Part shown: positions 8,672 through 17,157 of the stretch, one piece after another
How positions within the stretch are numbered: the stretch's first letter is position 1
Layout: each line of letters starts with the position of its first letter
Made by a program: the position numbers and the translations under genes
Notes under the pieces: model-generated
What the model saw: only the letters and a program-made list of their open reading frames with translations
Told to the model about the DNA's origin: nothing
Database searches by the model: none
Assembly (NCBI GenBank): GCA_963664875.1
Contig: OY761611.1
Location: forward strand, 64,001-128,000
DNA from: Candidatus Kapaibacterium sp.
Lineage (GTDB): Bacteria; Bacteroidota; Ignavibacteria; Kapaibacteriales; UBA2268
DNA: 64,000 nucleotides
Direction: 5' to 3'

Positions 8672-10732
8672 TTACTCTTCAGATTCTGACCGGGAGACTC
8701 TCGCGACTATCATTTCAAGTAAAAGACAAAGTAGAGTAGCCGCTACGAAAAATTTCCACAACTCTGTACCCAATCTCACTCTTGTAATAGAATCTTCAGG
8801 CGAAACCGACAACTCCGCGAAATTTACTGAGGCATCCGGTGCTATACTGTTTACAAATCTTTCAATTTGCTCTTCATCAGCTACTGCCAAATCTGACTCA
8901 GTAGTAATAGGATTGACTGAGAAGATGGAAATTGCTTTCCCGTCTGAGTTTGTAATTTTATAAGACCCCGGTATTTCCGTATTACCAATTACCAGTTTTT
9001 CTCCACTTGGAAGTGATACTCTGTAGGTAAATGATTCGACTTTATTCGGATCTAATATTTTAAATTGGTCTTCTGCTGCAAATCTTTTGTCAAGTTCGAT
9101 TGTTATACTGCTACCGGGAGAAGTAAAAAGAAGATTTTCCTCTTTAGCTTTGAGGTAAAGTATTGCACGATTAACCACTGCAGGGAATAAACTTGTAATC
9201 GGGAAACTGCCTGCATCAAGTGTTGGCGGTAGAGACAGATAAAGCACTTTGCCTTCTCCAATCTTCAATTCTGACAGCAACGGCTTGCCCAAGACTTTAA
9301 CGAGGCTACTTCCTTGGTTGATATTTATCAAATTAGTGATTTCAGGAGCTTCGAGTATGGTGTTGTTGTTGCCGGAATTAAAAACACCTTTAAAGAAAGG
9401 GTGACTCTGCTCAAATTCATTGATAGGAACTGCTCTGCCAATAGAACTTGTTTCATAAGAACCAAGAAAATATGCATTGCCTGTGTCATTTCTATCCGAA
9501 GGAGCAAATATTAGTGCTGCTTTTCCGGCAGAAATAAATGAATTTAAAGTCTGAGCTAAACCGGGCGATAAAAATTTGCCGTTGTAGATTACAACATCAT
9601 ATTTATTTAAATCAAGTCGGTTGAGCTCTTCAGGTTTATAGTATTCCAATGAATATCTATCAGGAATGACTTCCAAGGCTGCCCTTAAAAAATCAGACGA
9701 AGAGAAATCGGAAAAAACTGCAACTTTCGGTGCATCAGAGATAATAAAACCAAAATTGAATGTATTATCTGCGTCGAGCTCGTCAGCTTCTAACTCCAAG
9801 ACTGCCTCGACAAAGCCGGATTGATTATATGGTGCTGAAATCGCAATTGACTTTGTTTCTCCTGCTTCGATGTCGAAAGTACGCTGAGCAGATTTTTTAC
9901 CGTTAAAATAAAGATTTGCAACTGAATTTTCGACTTTTTGGGTGCCAAAGTTAGTAACTTCAAAAGAAAGATTGACCGGTGCATTCATCTCGAAAATGTT
10001 AGTTTCTACTCTGACCGAATCAATCGCCAGATTTTCGATTTTGCCGGCTTCTGATACAGGAATGAAATAAACAGTAGGAGAGAATTCTGTTTTTAAAGAA
10101 TCAGCAAACTCTCTTATGAAGTTGATTTTCTGACTGTCTGTAAGTATATAGATTTCTTTGTTTATGTTTTTAGAGTCCTGCAAAAGTGAAATTGCATCAA
10201 AAAGTGCTTTTTCTAATTGAACTTTAGAGTATGCGATATCAATTTCTCTTAATTCCTTTTTGAGGTTAGCTTTGTTGGTACTAAAATTCAACATTTTTCT
10301 GTTCGATTTATGCGAAGCAAGAGGCATAATCAAAGCTTCGTCACCCTCTTTGAAGAAATCTACAAGATTACCGGCATAGGCTATAGCATTTCTGAAACTG
10401 TTCCCGCTACCTGTATTTGCATCCATACTGTACGAGTTATCTACAATGATGACCGCACCTGTCTTTGCAAATGATTCGAAACCTGAAATTGTGCCTTTTA
10501 TAGTCGGCCGGGAAAACGCAAGAACCGCAAAAATAATCGCAAGGGTTCTGAGTATAAGAAGCAGAATCTGTTTGAGTTTTACACGCTTGATTTTAGTTTT
10601 TCTAAGTTCTTTGATGAATTTCAAAGAAGAAAACTCAATCTTCTTTAATTTACGAAGATTGAGTAAATGTAGAATAACAGGTATAGAGGCACCTATAAGG
10701 CCTATTAAAACTAAAGGATTCAAAAAATTCAT
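8672..10732 (-). CDS. BatA-domain / VWA membrane protein
   Basis: N-terminal MNFLNP...PVILHLL...FSSL..LLLILR...RP (BatA), VWA MIDAS DNSYSM, CARDB-like region, C-terminal ELWK..LLLEM TM. Confidence 0.88.
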   Translation of the reverse strand: MNFLNPLVLIGLIGASIPVILHLLNLRKLKKIEFSSLKFIKELRKTKIKRVKLKQILLLILRTLAIIFAVLAFSRPTIKGTISGFESFAKTGAVIIVDNSYSMDANTGSGNSFRNAIAYAGNLVDFFKEGDEALIMPLASHKSNRKMLNFSTNKANLKKELREIDIAYSKVQLEKALFDAISLLQDSKNINKEIYILTDSQKINFIREFADSLKTEFSPTVYFIPVSEAGKIENLAIDSVRVETNIFEMNAPVNLSFEVTNFGTQKVENSVANLYFNGKKSAQRTFDIEAGETKSIAISAPYNQSGFVEAVLELEADELDADNTFNFGFIISDAPKVAVFSDFSSSDFLRAALEVIPDRYSLEYYKPEELNRLDLNKYDVVIYNGKFLSPGLAQTLNSFISAGKAALIFAPSDRNDTGNAYFLGSYETSSIGRAVPINEFEQSHPFFKGVFNSGNNNTILEAPEITNLININQGSSLVKVLGKPLLSELKIGEGKVLYLSLPPTLDAGSFPITSLFPAVVNRAILYLKAKEENLLFTSPGSSITIELDKRFAAEDQFKILDPNKVESFTYRVSLPSGEKLVIGNTEIPGSYKITNSDGKAISIFSVNPITTESDLAVADEEQIERFVNSIAPDASVNFAELSVSPEDSITRVRLGTELWKFFVAATLLCLLLEMIVARVSRSESEE

Positions 10733-10773
10733 ATTATAAAAAACCTATCTTGTCAAATGTAATCAACATACAA

Positions 10774-11241
10774 CTATTCGTCAGTAAAATAGAATTCAGA
10801 GAGGTCATCAAATTTGATATTTGTAACAATCCATCCTAATTCCGGAGAATTATAGAAAGTGAAAATCCATCTCATAGGATAGTTTTCATGTAAACCAAGA
10901 AATCTCAATCTGATGTAGGAAGCAGAAATCATTTCTGAGCTTACTGCTTCGTATCCTTTCAGATTACCGTATATTTCCATAGCTTTTTTTGTTTGCGAGA
11001 TTAGCTGTTTACGAGCTTCTTTTTTTTCAGATAAAGGACTATCAGCTAAAATCCCATCAAATGCTTTTACGATTTCTAGCTTAATAATGTTATCAAAAAA
11101 AACAGAAGTTTTTGAGATTAATTCATCAGGTACACCGATAAACTGTTGTCTCATCGAAGCCGAACTTTCTCCGTTATTCTGCGAGTAAGAGTTGGCTGTT
11201 AGCAAAATACCCAAAATAAGCAGAGTATTAAATATTCTCAT
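10774..11241 (-). CDS. Hypothetical exported protein
   Basis: Signal peptide MRIFNTLLILGILLTA; in line with rluB and the BatA gene. Confidence 0.7.
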   Translation of the reverse strand: MRIFNTLLILGILLTANSYSQNNGESSASMRQQFIGVPDELISKTSVFFDNIIKLEIVKAFDGILADSPLSEKKEARKQLISQTKKAMEIYGNLKGYEAVSSEMISASYIRLRFLGLHENYPMRWIFTFYNSPELGWIVTNIKFDDLSEFYFTDE

Positions 11242-11257
11242 AATAATCTCCTATTTA

Positions 11258-12034
11258 TCAGCTTCTGATGCCGACTAATTTTTTCAGAGCTCTTATTTCG
11301 TTAGTTCTTAGGTGGCGATATTCGCCTTTGTCCATACCACTGACGTTTAAAGTTGCAAAATGTTTACGGTGCAACTGTTTTACTACATAATCGAAATGTT
11401 CAAAGATGCGACGAACTTCTCGGTTTCTTCCCTCGCGAATTGAGACATACACTACAGTTCTGTCTTTAGAGTCGTAGAGCAACTCAATCGGTCCGGTAGT
11501 GCCGTCTTCTAATTCGACACCTTTGACAATAGCTTCAGCATGCTCAGGTAGCAAAGGCCTGTCGAGCACAGTTCTGTAAACCTTTTCAATTTCATACTTA
11601 GGGTGCATCAGTCTATTTGCAAGTTCCCCGTCATTAGTAAGGAGCAAAGTGCCGGTAGTGTTTCTGTCGAGTCTGCCGACCGGATATACACGAGAACTTG
11701 TCTTGACAATGTCCATGACAGTTTTTCTGCCCAAATCGTCACTGGTAGTTGTGATTACATCCTTAGGTTTATTGAGCAGTATATAAACATATCTGATAAT
11801 TTCTTTTACCGGATCTCCATTTACTGTAATAAAATCACTTCTAAGCACTTTTGTGCCAAGTTCAGTAACAACCTTACCGTTAACTTTCACCTTACCTGCC
11901 TCTATTAACTCATCTGCTTTTCTTCTGGAGCAGGTACCCGTTTCAGCCAAATACTTATTGAGCCTCAAAGGAGCATTCTCTTTGTCGATGGCTTCTCGTG
12001 GGTCTCTTGGCTTGTAATTCTTATTCGTTTTCAT
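11258..12034 (-). CDS. rluB: rRNA pseudouridine synthase (RsuA/RluB family)
   Basis: S4 domain RLNKYLA..CSRRKADELI; LLNKP; catalytic YPVGRLD; EGRNREVRR. Confidence 0.88.
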   Translation of the reverse strand: MKTNKNYKPRDPREAIDKENAPLRLNKYLAETGTCSRRKADELIEAGKVKVNGKVVTELGTKVLRSDFITVNGDPVKEIIRYVYILLNKPKDVITTTSDDLGRKTVMDIVKTSSRVYPVGRLDRNTTGTLLLTNDGELANRLMHPKYEIEKVYRTVLDRPLLPEHAEAIVKGVELEDGTTGPIELLYDSKDRTVVYVSIREGRNREVRRIFEHFDYVVKQLHRKHFATLNVSGMDKGEYRHLRTNEIRALKKLVGIRS

Positions 12035-12274
12035 TTCTCACCGGTAATAATATTCTATACTACAAATTTACGCATTTGTAGGCTAAGAAAAAAATCATAT
12101 AATCCGCCCTAATCTTTAGCAAAAAATAATGAAACATACGTTCGTTTATTCCGTCAAAGCAAAAGTACAAGTTGGTACAGGAAAAAGGAAAAAAATATTA
12201 AACCTTTTGCCTAACAACTGACTCTATAATTTTGACATTTCGCATATTAAATCAAACGGTTGATCAAAAAAGAG

Positions 12275-12305
12275 TTTGAAATATGCAAACTAGAAATTAT
12301 ATTTG
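12275..12305 (+). promoter_or_regulatory. Bacteroidetes-type primary-sigma promoter for inositol cluster
   Basis: TTTG (12275-12278), 19 nt spacer, TATATTTG (12298-12305): matches the -33/-7 consensus, 37 nt before the ATG. Confidence 0.7.
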
Positions 12306-12306
12306 T

Positions 12307-12322
12307 ACGAACGAACGTTTGA
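12307..12322. promoter_or_regulatory. Candidate repressor operator (imperfect palindrome)
   Basis: ACGAACGAACGTTTGA immediately after the -7 box; a related inverted copy TGAAACATACGTTCGT lies at 12130-12145 and a half-site TCAAACG at 12252. Confidence 0.5.
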
Positions 12323-12342
12323 TAAAATAATTAGAGACTAAT

Positions 12343-13041
12343 ATGAACTTTGGTTTGATAGCAGCAGGAGAGGGTACAAGGTTGAAAGCCGGCGGCTGGG
12401 ATAAACCAAAAGGTTTAGCTCAAATTAACGGGGAACCCCTTATCAAAAGGTTTTTAGACCTTGCAAATTATTACAATGCAGAAAAAATATGTATCATAGT
12501 GAACGAAGAGTCGCCCGAGCTTGTTGAATATATCAACTCTTATGAAAGCTCTTCAGCAATTCACCTCAAAGTAAAATCTACTCCGAGTTCTTTGCACAGC
12601 TTCTACGAAATATCCAAGTTTTCAGAATCAGAATCTATATTCCTGTTTACAGTAGATACTGTTTTTGATTCAAAAGAATTCGATAAGTTTTATGAGTTTT
12701 CTCTCTACACTCAATACGACGGAGTATGGGGGATAAGCAATTTTATAGATGACGAAAAGCCTCTTTACGTCAGTCTCAAAGAAAATAATCTGATTGACGG
12801 TTTTCATGACGAAGGCGAGTTTGAGTATGTTACCGGTGGATTCTATTATATGAAACCTACTCTTCACAAACATCTCAAATCAGCTGTCGAATCCGGCATG
12901 GAAAGAATGAGAAATTTCCAAAGATTTTTGATTGAATTAAATCATGATATTTACGGATATAATTTTTCTAAAATTGTTGATGTAGATCATGTCTCAGATA
13001 TAGCAAAAGCTGAAGCGTTTTTAAAAGAAAGAAACAAGTAA
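12343..13041 (+). CDS. Sugar-phosphate nucleotidyltransferase (putative inositol-1-phosphate cytidylyltransferase)
   Basis: GLIAAGEGTRL...KPK motif and C-terminal DVDHVSDI; clustered with MIPS and a CDP-alcohol phosphotransferase. Confidence 0.8.
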   Translation: MNFGLIAAGEGTRLKAGGWDKPKGLAQINGEPLIKRFLDLANYYNAEKICIIVNEESPELVEYINSYESSSAIHLKVKSTPSSLHSFYEISKFSESESIFLFTVDTVFDSKEFDKFYEFSLYTQYDGVWGISNFIDDEKPLYVSLKENNLIDGFHDEGEFEYVTGGFYYMKPTLHKHLKSAVESGMERMRNFQRFLIELNHDIYGYNFSKIVDVDHVSDIAKAEAFLKERNK

Positions 13042-13069
13042 TTTTATTTAGTAAAGCAGAAAGCAAGAC

Positions 13070-13531
13070 ATGAGAAATATCATAATATTTGCCTTGATAA
13101 TTTTTTTCCTGCCGGGCTTCTTTTGGGCTGAAGGTAAATCAGCCGACAAAAAAAAAGGTACTTTGCTTGTCAAAGTTACAGGTCTGAGGACTAATAAAGG
13201 CTATGTGGTTTGCCATCTGTTTAATGATGCAGACGGTTATCCGCTAAAATCAAAAAAAGCCTTAGTTTTTCAAGATGATTTGGACATCAAAGACAGCACA
13301 GCTTCTTTTGTTTTTACTGATTTGCCTTATGGCAAATATGCTTTTACTACTCATCATGATGAGAACGCTAATCATAAAATGGATAAGACTTGGCTTGGAT
13401 TGCCTGCTGAGGGCTGGGCTTGCTCTAATAATGTTATGGGTATATTAGGAGTGGGACCACCAAGTTTCAAAGAAGCACATTTTGTAGTCAATAAAGATAC
13501 GGTTGTACAACAAATCAAAATGAATTATTAA
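13070..13531 (+). CDS. DUF2141-family exported protein
   Basis: Signal peptide; LLVKVTGL..KG, FTDLPYGKYA..HDENAN...GLPAEGW..SNN pattern. Confidence 0.85.
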   Translation: MRNIIIFALIIFFLPGFFWAEGKSADKKKGTLLVKVTGLRTNKGYVVCHLFNDADGYPLKSKKALVFQDDLDIKDSTASFVFTDLPYGKYAFTTHHDENANHKMDKTWLGLPAEGWACSNNVMGILGVGPPSFKEAHFVVNKDTVVQQIKMNY

Positions 13532-13550
13532 ACTTGGGGAATTATATATA

Positions 13551-14438
13551 ATGCAATTGGAATTTGCTGCTATCAAAAGGGCAAAAAAGTTTTCTCCTAA
13601 TCATATAGAAAATGATGCTCTTATACTGACTCAGACTGCTGAAGAACTAATCAGACTTGGCGCGAAGGTTAAGTTTTACGACGAAGAAATGCTTTTTGGC
13701 GACAGCATAAAAGAAGATTTTATATTTTCTATGTCAAGAGAAGTAGATGTAATCAAAAAACTTAAACAACTACAAAAGCAGGGAAAAGTAATCATCAATT
13801 CGCCGAAAGCTGTAAAAAACTGTTTCCGCGAAAATGTAACTACCAAACTATTAGTGTATGGAATTCCATATCCGGATAGTGTAATTATCAAAACTAACGA
13901 TTTTGATCCGATTACTCTTTCCAAATTTAACGGTTCCAAAGTATGGATAAAACGAGATAAACATATTCAGCATAGTGAAGATAGGACTCTTGCCACATGC
14001 GATGCCGAAAGAGATAATATTGTAAGAGAGTTTGGAAGAAGAGGTATCAAAAAAGCAATTGTGCAGGAACATTTGATTGGTAATGAAGTTAAGTTTTACG
14101 GTGTTCGTGGCTCTGAGTTTTTCCATTGGTATTACTCACACAAAAACATTCCGAATATCCAACTTGACGAAGAGAGATTTATCACCTTAGCTCGCAGAGC
14201 TGCAGAGACTTTGAAAGTAGATGTTTATGGTGGCGATGCTCTTATCTTACCTGACGGTACTATTTATATCATTGATTTCAATGATTGGCCAAGCTTTGCT
14301 CCTTGCAGAAATGAAGCTGCCCAAGCAATCGCTAAAATGATTTACCGTAAGGCACAGTTCAAAATTCTTACTAATGAGACTTCTTTCGTTTCGGAAGAGA
14401 CTCAGGAAGTAGTGGAAATAGAAACAAACTTCAACTAA
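13551..14438 (+). CDS. ATP-grasp fold enzyme
   Basis: VIINS, GIPYP, VWIKR, IVQEH, VKFYGV, YGGDALI..G.IYIIDFNDWPSF. Confidence 0.75.
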   Translation: MQLEFAAIKRAKKFSPNHIENDALILTQTAEELIRLGAKVKFYDEEMLFGDSIKEDFIFSMSREVDVIKKLKQLQKQGKVIINSPKAVKNCFRENVTTKLLVYGIPYPDSVIIKTNDFDPITLSKFNGSKVWIKRDKHIQHSEDRTLATCDAERDNIVREFGRRGIKKAIVQEHLIGNEVKFYGVRGSEFFHWYYSHKNIPNIQLDEERFITLARRAAETLKVDVYGGDALILPDGTIYIIDFNDWPSFAPCRNEAAQAIAKMIYRKAQFKILTNETSFVSEETQEVVEIETNFN

Positions 14439-14447
14439 TTTGGATGA

Positions 14448-15356
14448 ATGATGGCTGAGATGAATGTAGCGGCTACTTTGAAATCAAAAGATACTGAAGA
14501 GACTCTTGATATCCTTTTTTATAGACCGCTTGGATTTTTGCTTGCTAAGTTTTGTGCCAAAACAGGTATTACTCCTAATACTGTAACTTGGACAAGCATC
14601 GTGCTTGGCGGTTTTGCAGGTCATGCCTTTTACTATTCTGATTTGAATATCAATATAATCGGAATGTTGGTTTTGATTTTTGCAAATCTGCTTGATTCTA
14701 CAGACGGACAGCTCGCCCGCATGACAAATCAATGCACACGTATGGGTAGATTCTTAGATGGTTTTGGTGGTAATATCTGGTTTTTGAGCATATATATCCA
14801 CTTAGGACTCAGAATGATCAATGAAGGCTACGAGCCTTGGATTTTTGGTTTTGTCATAGTTACAGGGCTATTCCATTCGTTCCAGGCTGCTATGGCTGAT
14901 TATTACAGAAACGCTCATTTATTTTTTATTCAGGGCAAAAGTGGTTCTGAAGTTGACAGTTCAAAAAAATTGGAAGAACAGTATCTGGCTGCTTCATGGA
15001 AAAGAGAATTTTGGACTAAGACATTTTTGTTGCTTTACAAGAATTACACGGTTGAGCAGGAAATACTATCCAAAAACCTTCAGAAGTTATATGCAAAAAT
15101 AGCTGAAAAATATCCGGAGGGCACGCCTGAGTGGCTTGTTGCTAACTTCAGAAAAGGAAGCAAGCCTCTGATGAAATATACAAACATATTGACAACTAAC
15201 ACACGAATGTGGGCTTTGTTTTTCTCTATGTTTTTTGGTGAGGTGATTTGGTACTTGGTGTTCGAAGTTACTGTATTGAATATACTTCTTATTCAAATGG
15301 TAATCAGACAGGAAAGATTGAGCAAAAAGATGATATTGGAAATTGAGCAGGCATAA
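14448..15356 (+). CDS. CDP-alcohol phosphatidyltransferase family protein
   Basis: ITPNTVT and DSTDGQLARMTNQCTRMGRFLD motifs; multiple TM helices. Confidence 0.9.
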   Translation: MMAEMNVAATLKSKDTEETLDILFYRPLGFLLAKFCAKTGITPNTVTWTSIVLGGFAGHAFYYSDLNINIIGMLVLIFANLLDSTDGQLARMTNQCTRMGRFLDGFGGNIWFLSIYIHLGLRMINEGYEPWIFGFVIVTGLFHSFQAAMADYYRNAHLFFIQGKSGSEVDSSKKLEEQYLAASWKREFWTKTFLLLYKNYTVEQEILSKNLQKLYAKIAEKYPEGTPEWLVANFRKGSKPLMKYTNILTTNTRMWALFFSMFFGEVIWYLVFEVTVLNILLIQMVIRQERLSKKMILEIEQA

Positions 15357-16388
15357 GTGAAGAAGCAAAATACATATAAAACCATATTTATGATTGTTGG
15401 TTTGGCGATTTTCTCTTATCTCGTTTATAATTTTGGGATAGAGAGAATAATGCAGAATCTGCAGGAAACCGGCTGGTGGTTTGCAGCGATTGTTGCTACA
15501 TGGGGATTTGTTTATCTGTTCAACGCTTTCTCATGGTCAAGAATTGTAAAGGCTAAAGAAAACAAGATTCCTTTCAGTCAGGTTTTTGGTTTGACAGTTA
15601 GCGGCTTTTCTTTGAATTATATTACTCCTTTTGTAGGACTTGGCGGCGAGCCATATCGCATAATGGCCTATAAAGAATATATAGGAACAGAAAAGTCAGT
15701 CTCATCTGTAATTATTTTTACCTTGATGCACATGATTAGTCATGTTGTGTTTTGGGTATTCAGTATGGCTTGGGTTATTTTATTCTTGGAAATGCCTATG
15801 CACTACTGGCTAATTATGGCAGTAATTTTTATAGTGCTGCTTCTATTGCTTTCGGTTTATATCAAAGCAATGAAATCCGGATTTTTCAATACATTAAAAT
15901 GGGTGGCATCCAAGCTACCTATTAAGAAATTGAATGAAGTAATAGAAACTCATCACGACAAACTTGACGAAGCAGATAGATTTATCCGTGACTTTTACAA
16001 TACTCGTAAAAAAGATTTTTACTTAGTTGTCTTCTACGAATTTGTTTCGAGAGTGATTAGCTCATTGGAATACTACTTTATTCTAATGGCTGTAGGAGTC
16101 AATATCGGGATATTTGAAGCGATATTTATCAATGCAGGTATGTCTTTGGTAATCAATCTTACATTTTTCATTCCGTTCCAGCTTGGGGCGCGTGAAGGTT
16201 CGCTTGTGTTTGTACATGGTATGTTAGGAATCGATTCTTCGCTTGGCATATATGCGGGGCTTGTGAATCGAGTTAGAGAATTTTTCTGGATTTTAATGGG
16301 TTTAACTTTTATACAGCTTTCCGGAAGAAAGACCAAATATAAAGAAGAAAGAATGAATGAATTAGTAGAGGCGGACAATGCAAACTAA
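15357..16388 (+). CDS. Lysylphosphatidylglycerol-synthase-TM / flippase-like membrane protein (UPF0104)
   Basis: Polytopic; NYITP..GLGGEPYR and PFQLGAREG motifs; GTG start abuts the upstream stop. Confidence 0.85.
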   Translation: MKKQNTYKTIFMIVGLAIFSYLVYNFGIERIMQNLQETGWWFAAIVATWGFVYLFNAFSWSRIVKAKENKIPFSQVFGLTVSGFSLNYITPFVGLGGEPYRIMAYKEYIGTEKSVSSVIIFTLMHMISHVVFWVFSMAWVILFLEMPMHYWLIMAVIFIVLLLLLSVYIKAMKSGFFNTLKWVASKLPIKKLNEVIETHHDKLDEADRFIRDFYNTRKKDFYLVVFYEFVSRVISSLEYYFILMAVGVNIGIFEAIFINAGMSLVINLTFFIPFQLGAREGSLVFVHGMLGIDSSLGIYAGLVNRVREFFWILMGLTFIQLSGRKTKYKEERMNELVEADNAN

Positions 16389-17085
16389 AGCGATTTTATT
16401 TGATTTTGGCGGTACTATAGATACAAATGGTGTCCACTGGAGCGAAAAGTTTTGGGATACTTACGAAAGATGTAATATCTCAATCGAAAAAAAGGATTTT
16501 GAATCTGCGTATGTAAGCACGGAAAAATTGCTTGGTAGAGACAAAAGAATCAAACCGGAGATGAGCTTTTACACTATTATAAGAGAGAAACTGCTAATCC
16601 ATTTATATTTTTTGATTCAGAACAGCAAACTACCTCATACAACCAAAGTGGATGAGCTTGCTGATAAGTTAGCAGATGATTGCTATGCTAATATCAAAAA
16701 TGTAATAGAAAATGCAAATCTCACTATGGCAAAGCTGAAGCATAAATACACTCTCGGAGTTGTTTCTAATTTTTACGGTAATATTGATAAAGTACTGAAA
16801 GAATTTGGCTTGCATGAACTTTACGAGCTCATCGTTGATTCGACGATTGTCGGGATACGCAAGCCCGATCCGGAAATTTACAGACTTGCCATAGATAAAC
16901 TTGGGTTTACAGCAAGTGATGTCGCAATAGTTGGTGATTCATATACAAATGATATGGAGCCGGGAAGAACGCTTGGCTGCAAAACAGTTTGGCTCAAAGG
17001 CAGATCATGGAAAGAGGAGACTCAAACAGAGGCTGCCGACCACATAATTACAAAATTTGAAGAGCTTGAAAATCTTTTTCTCTAA
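16378..17085 (+). CDS. HAD-superfamily hydrolase
   Basis: AILFDFGGT, GVVSN, RKPDPEIY, VGDSYTND motifs. Confidence 0.9.
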   Translation: MQTKAILFDFGGTIDTNGVHWSEKFWDTYERCNISIEKKDFESAYVSTEKLLGRDKRIKPEMSFYTIIREKLLIHLYFLIQNSKLPHTTKVDELADKLADDCYANIKNVIENANLTMAKLKHKYTLGVVSNFYGNIDKVLKEFGLHELYELIVDSTIVGIRKPDPEIYRLAIDKLGFTASDVAIVGDSYTNDMEPGRTLGCKTVWLKGRSWKEETQTEAADHIITKFEELENLFL

Positions 17086-17157
17086 AGAGATTTTGGGGAT
17101 TAATATAAATAATTGCATAAATAGCAAACTAACTAAATATTCTATTTGAGGTTACAA

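Noticed and set aside
16378-16420. HAD motif I reads DFGGT rather than DxDGT
   Set aside because: DxG variants are common in HAD subfamily IA; not evidence of inactivity or novelty
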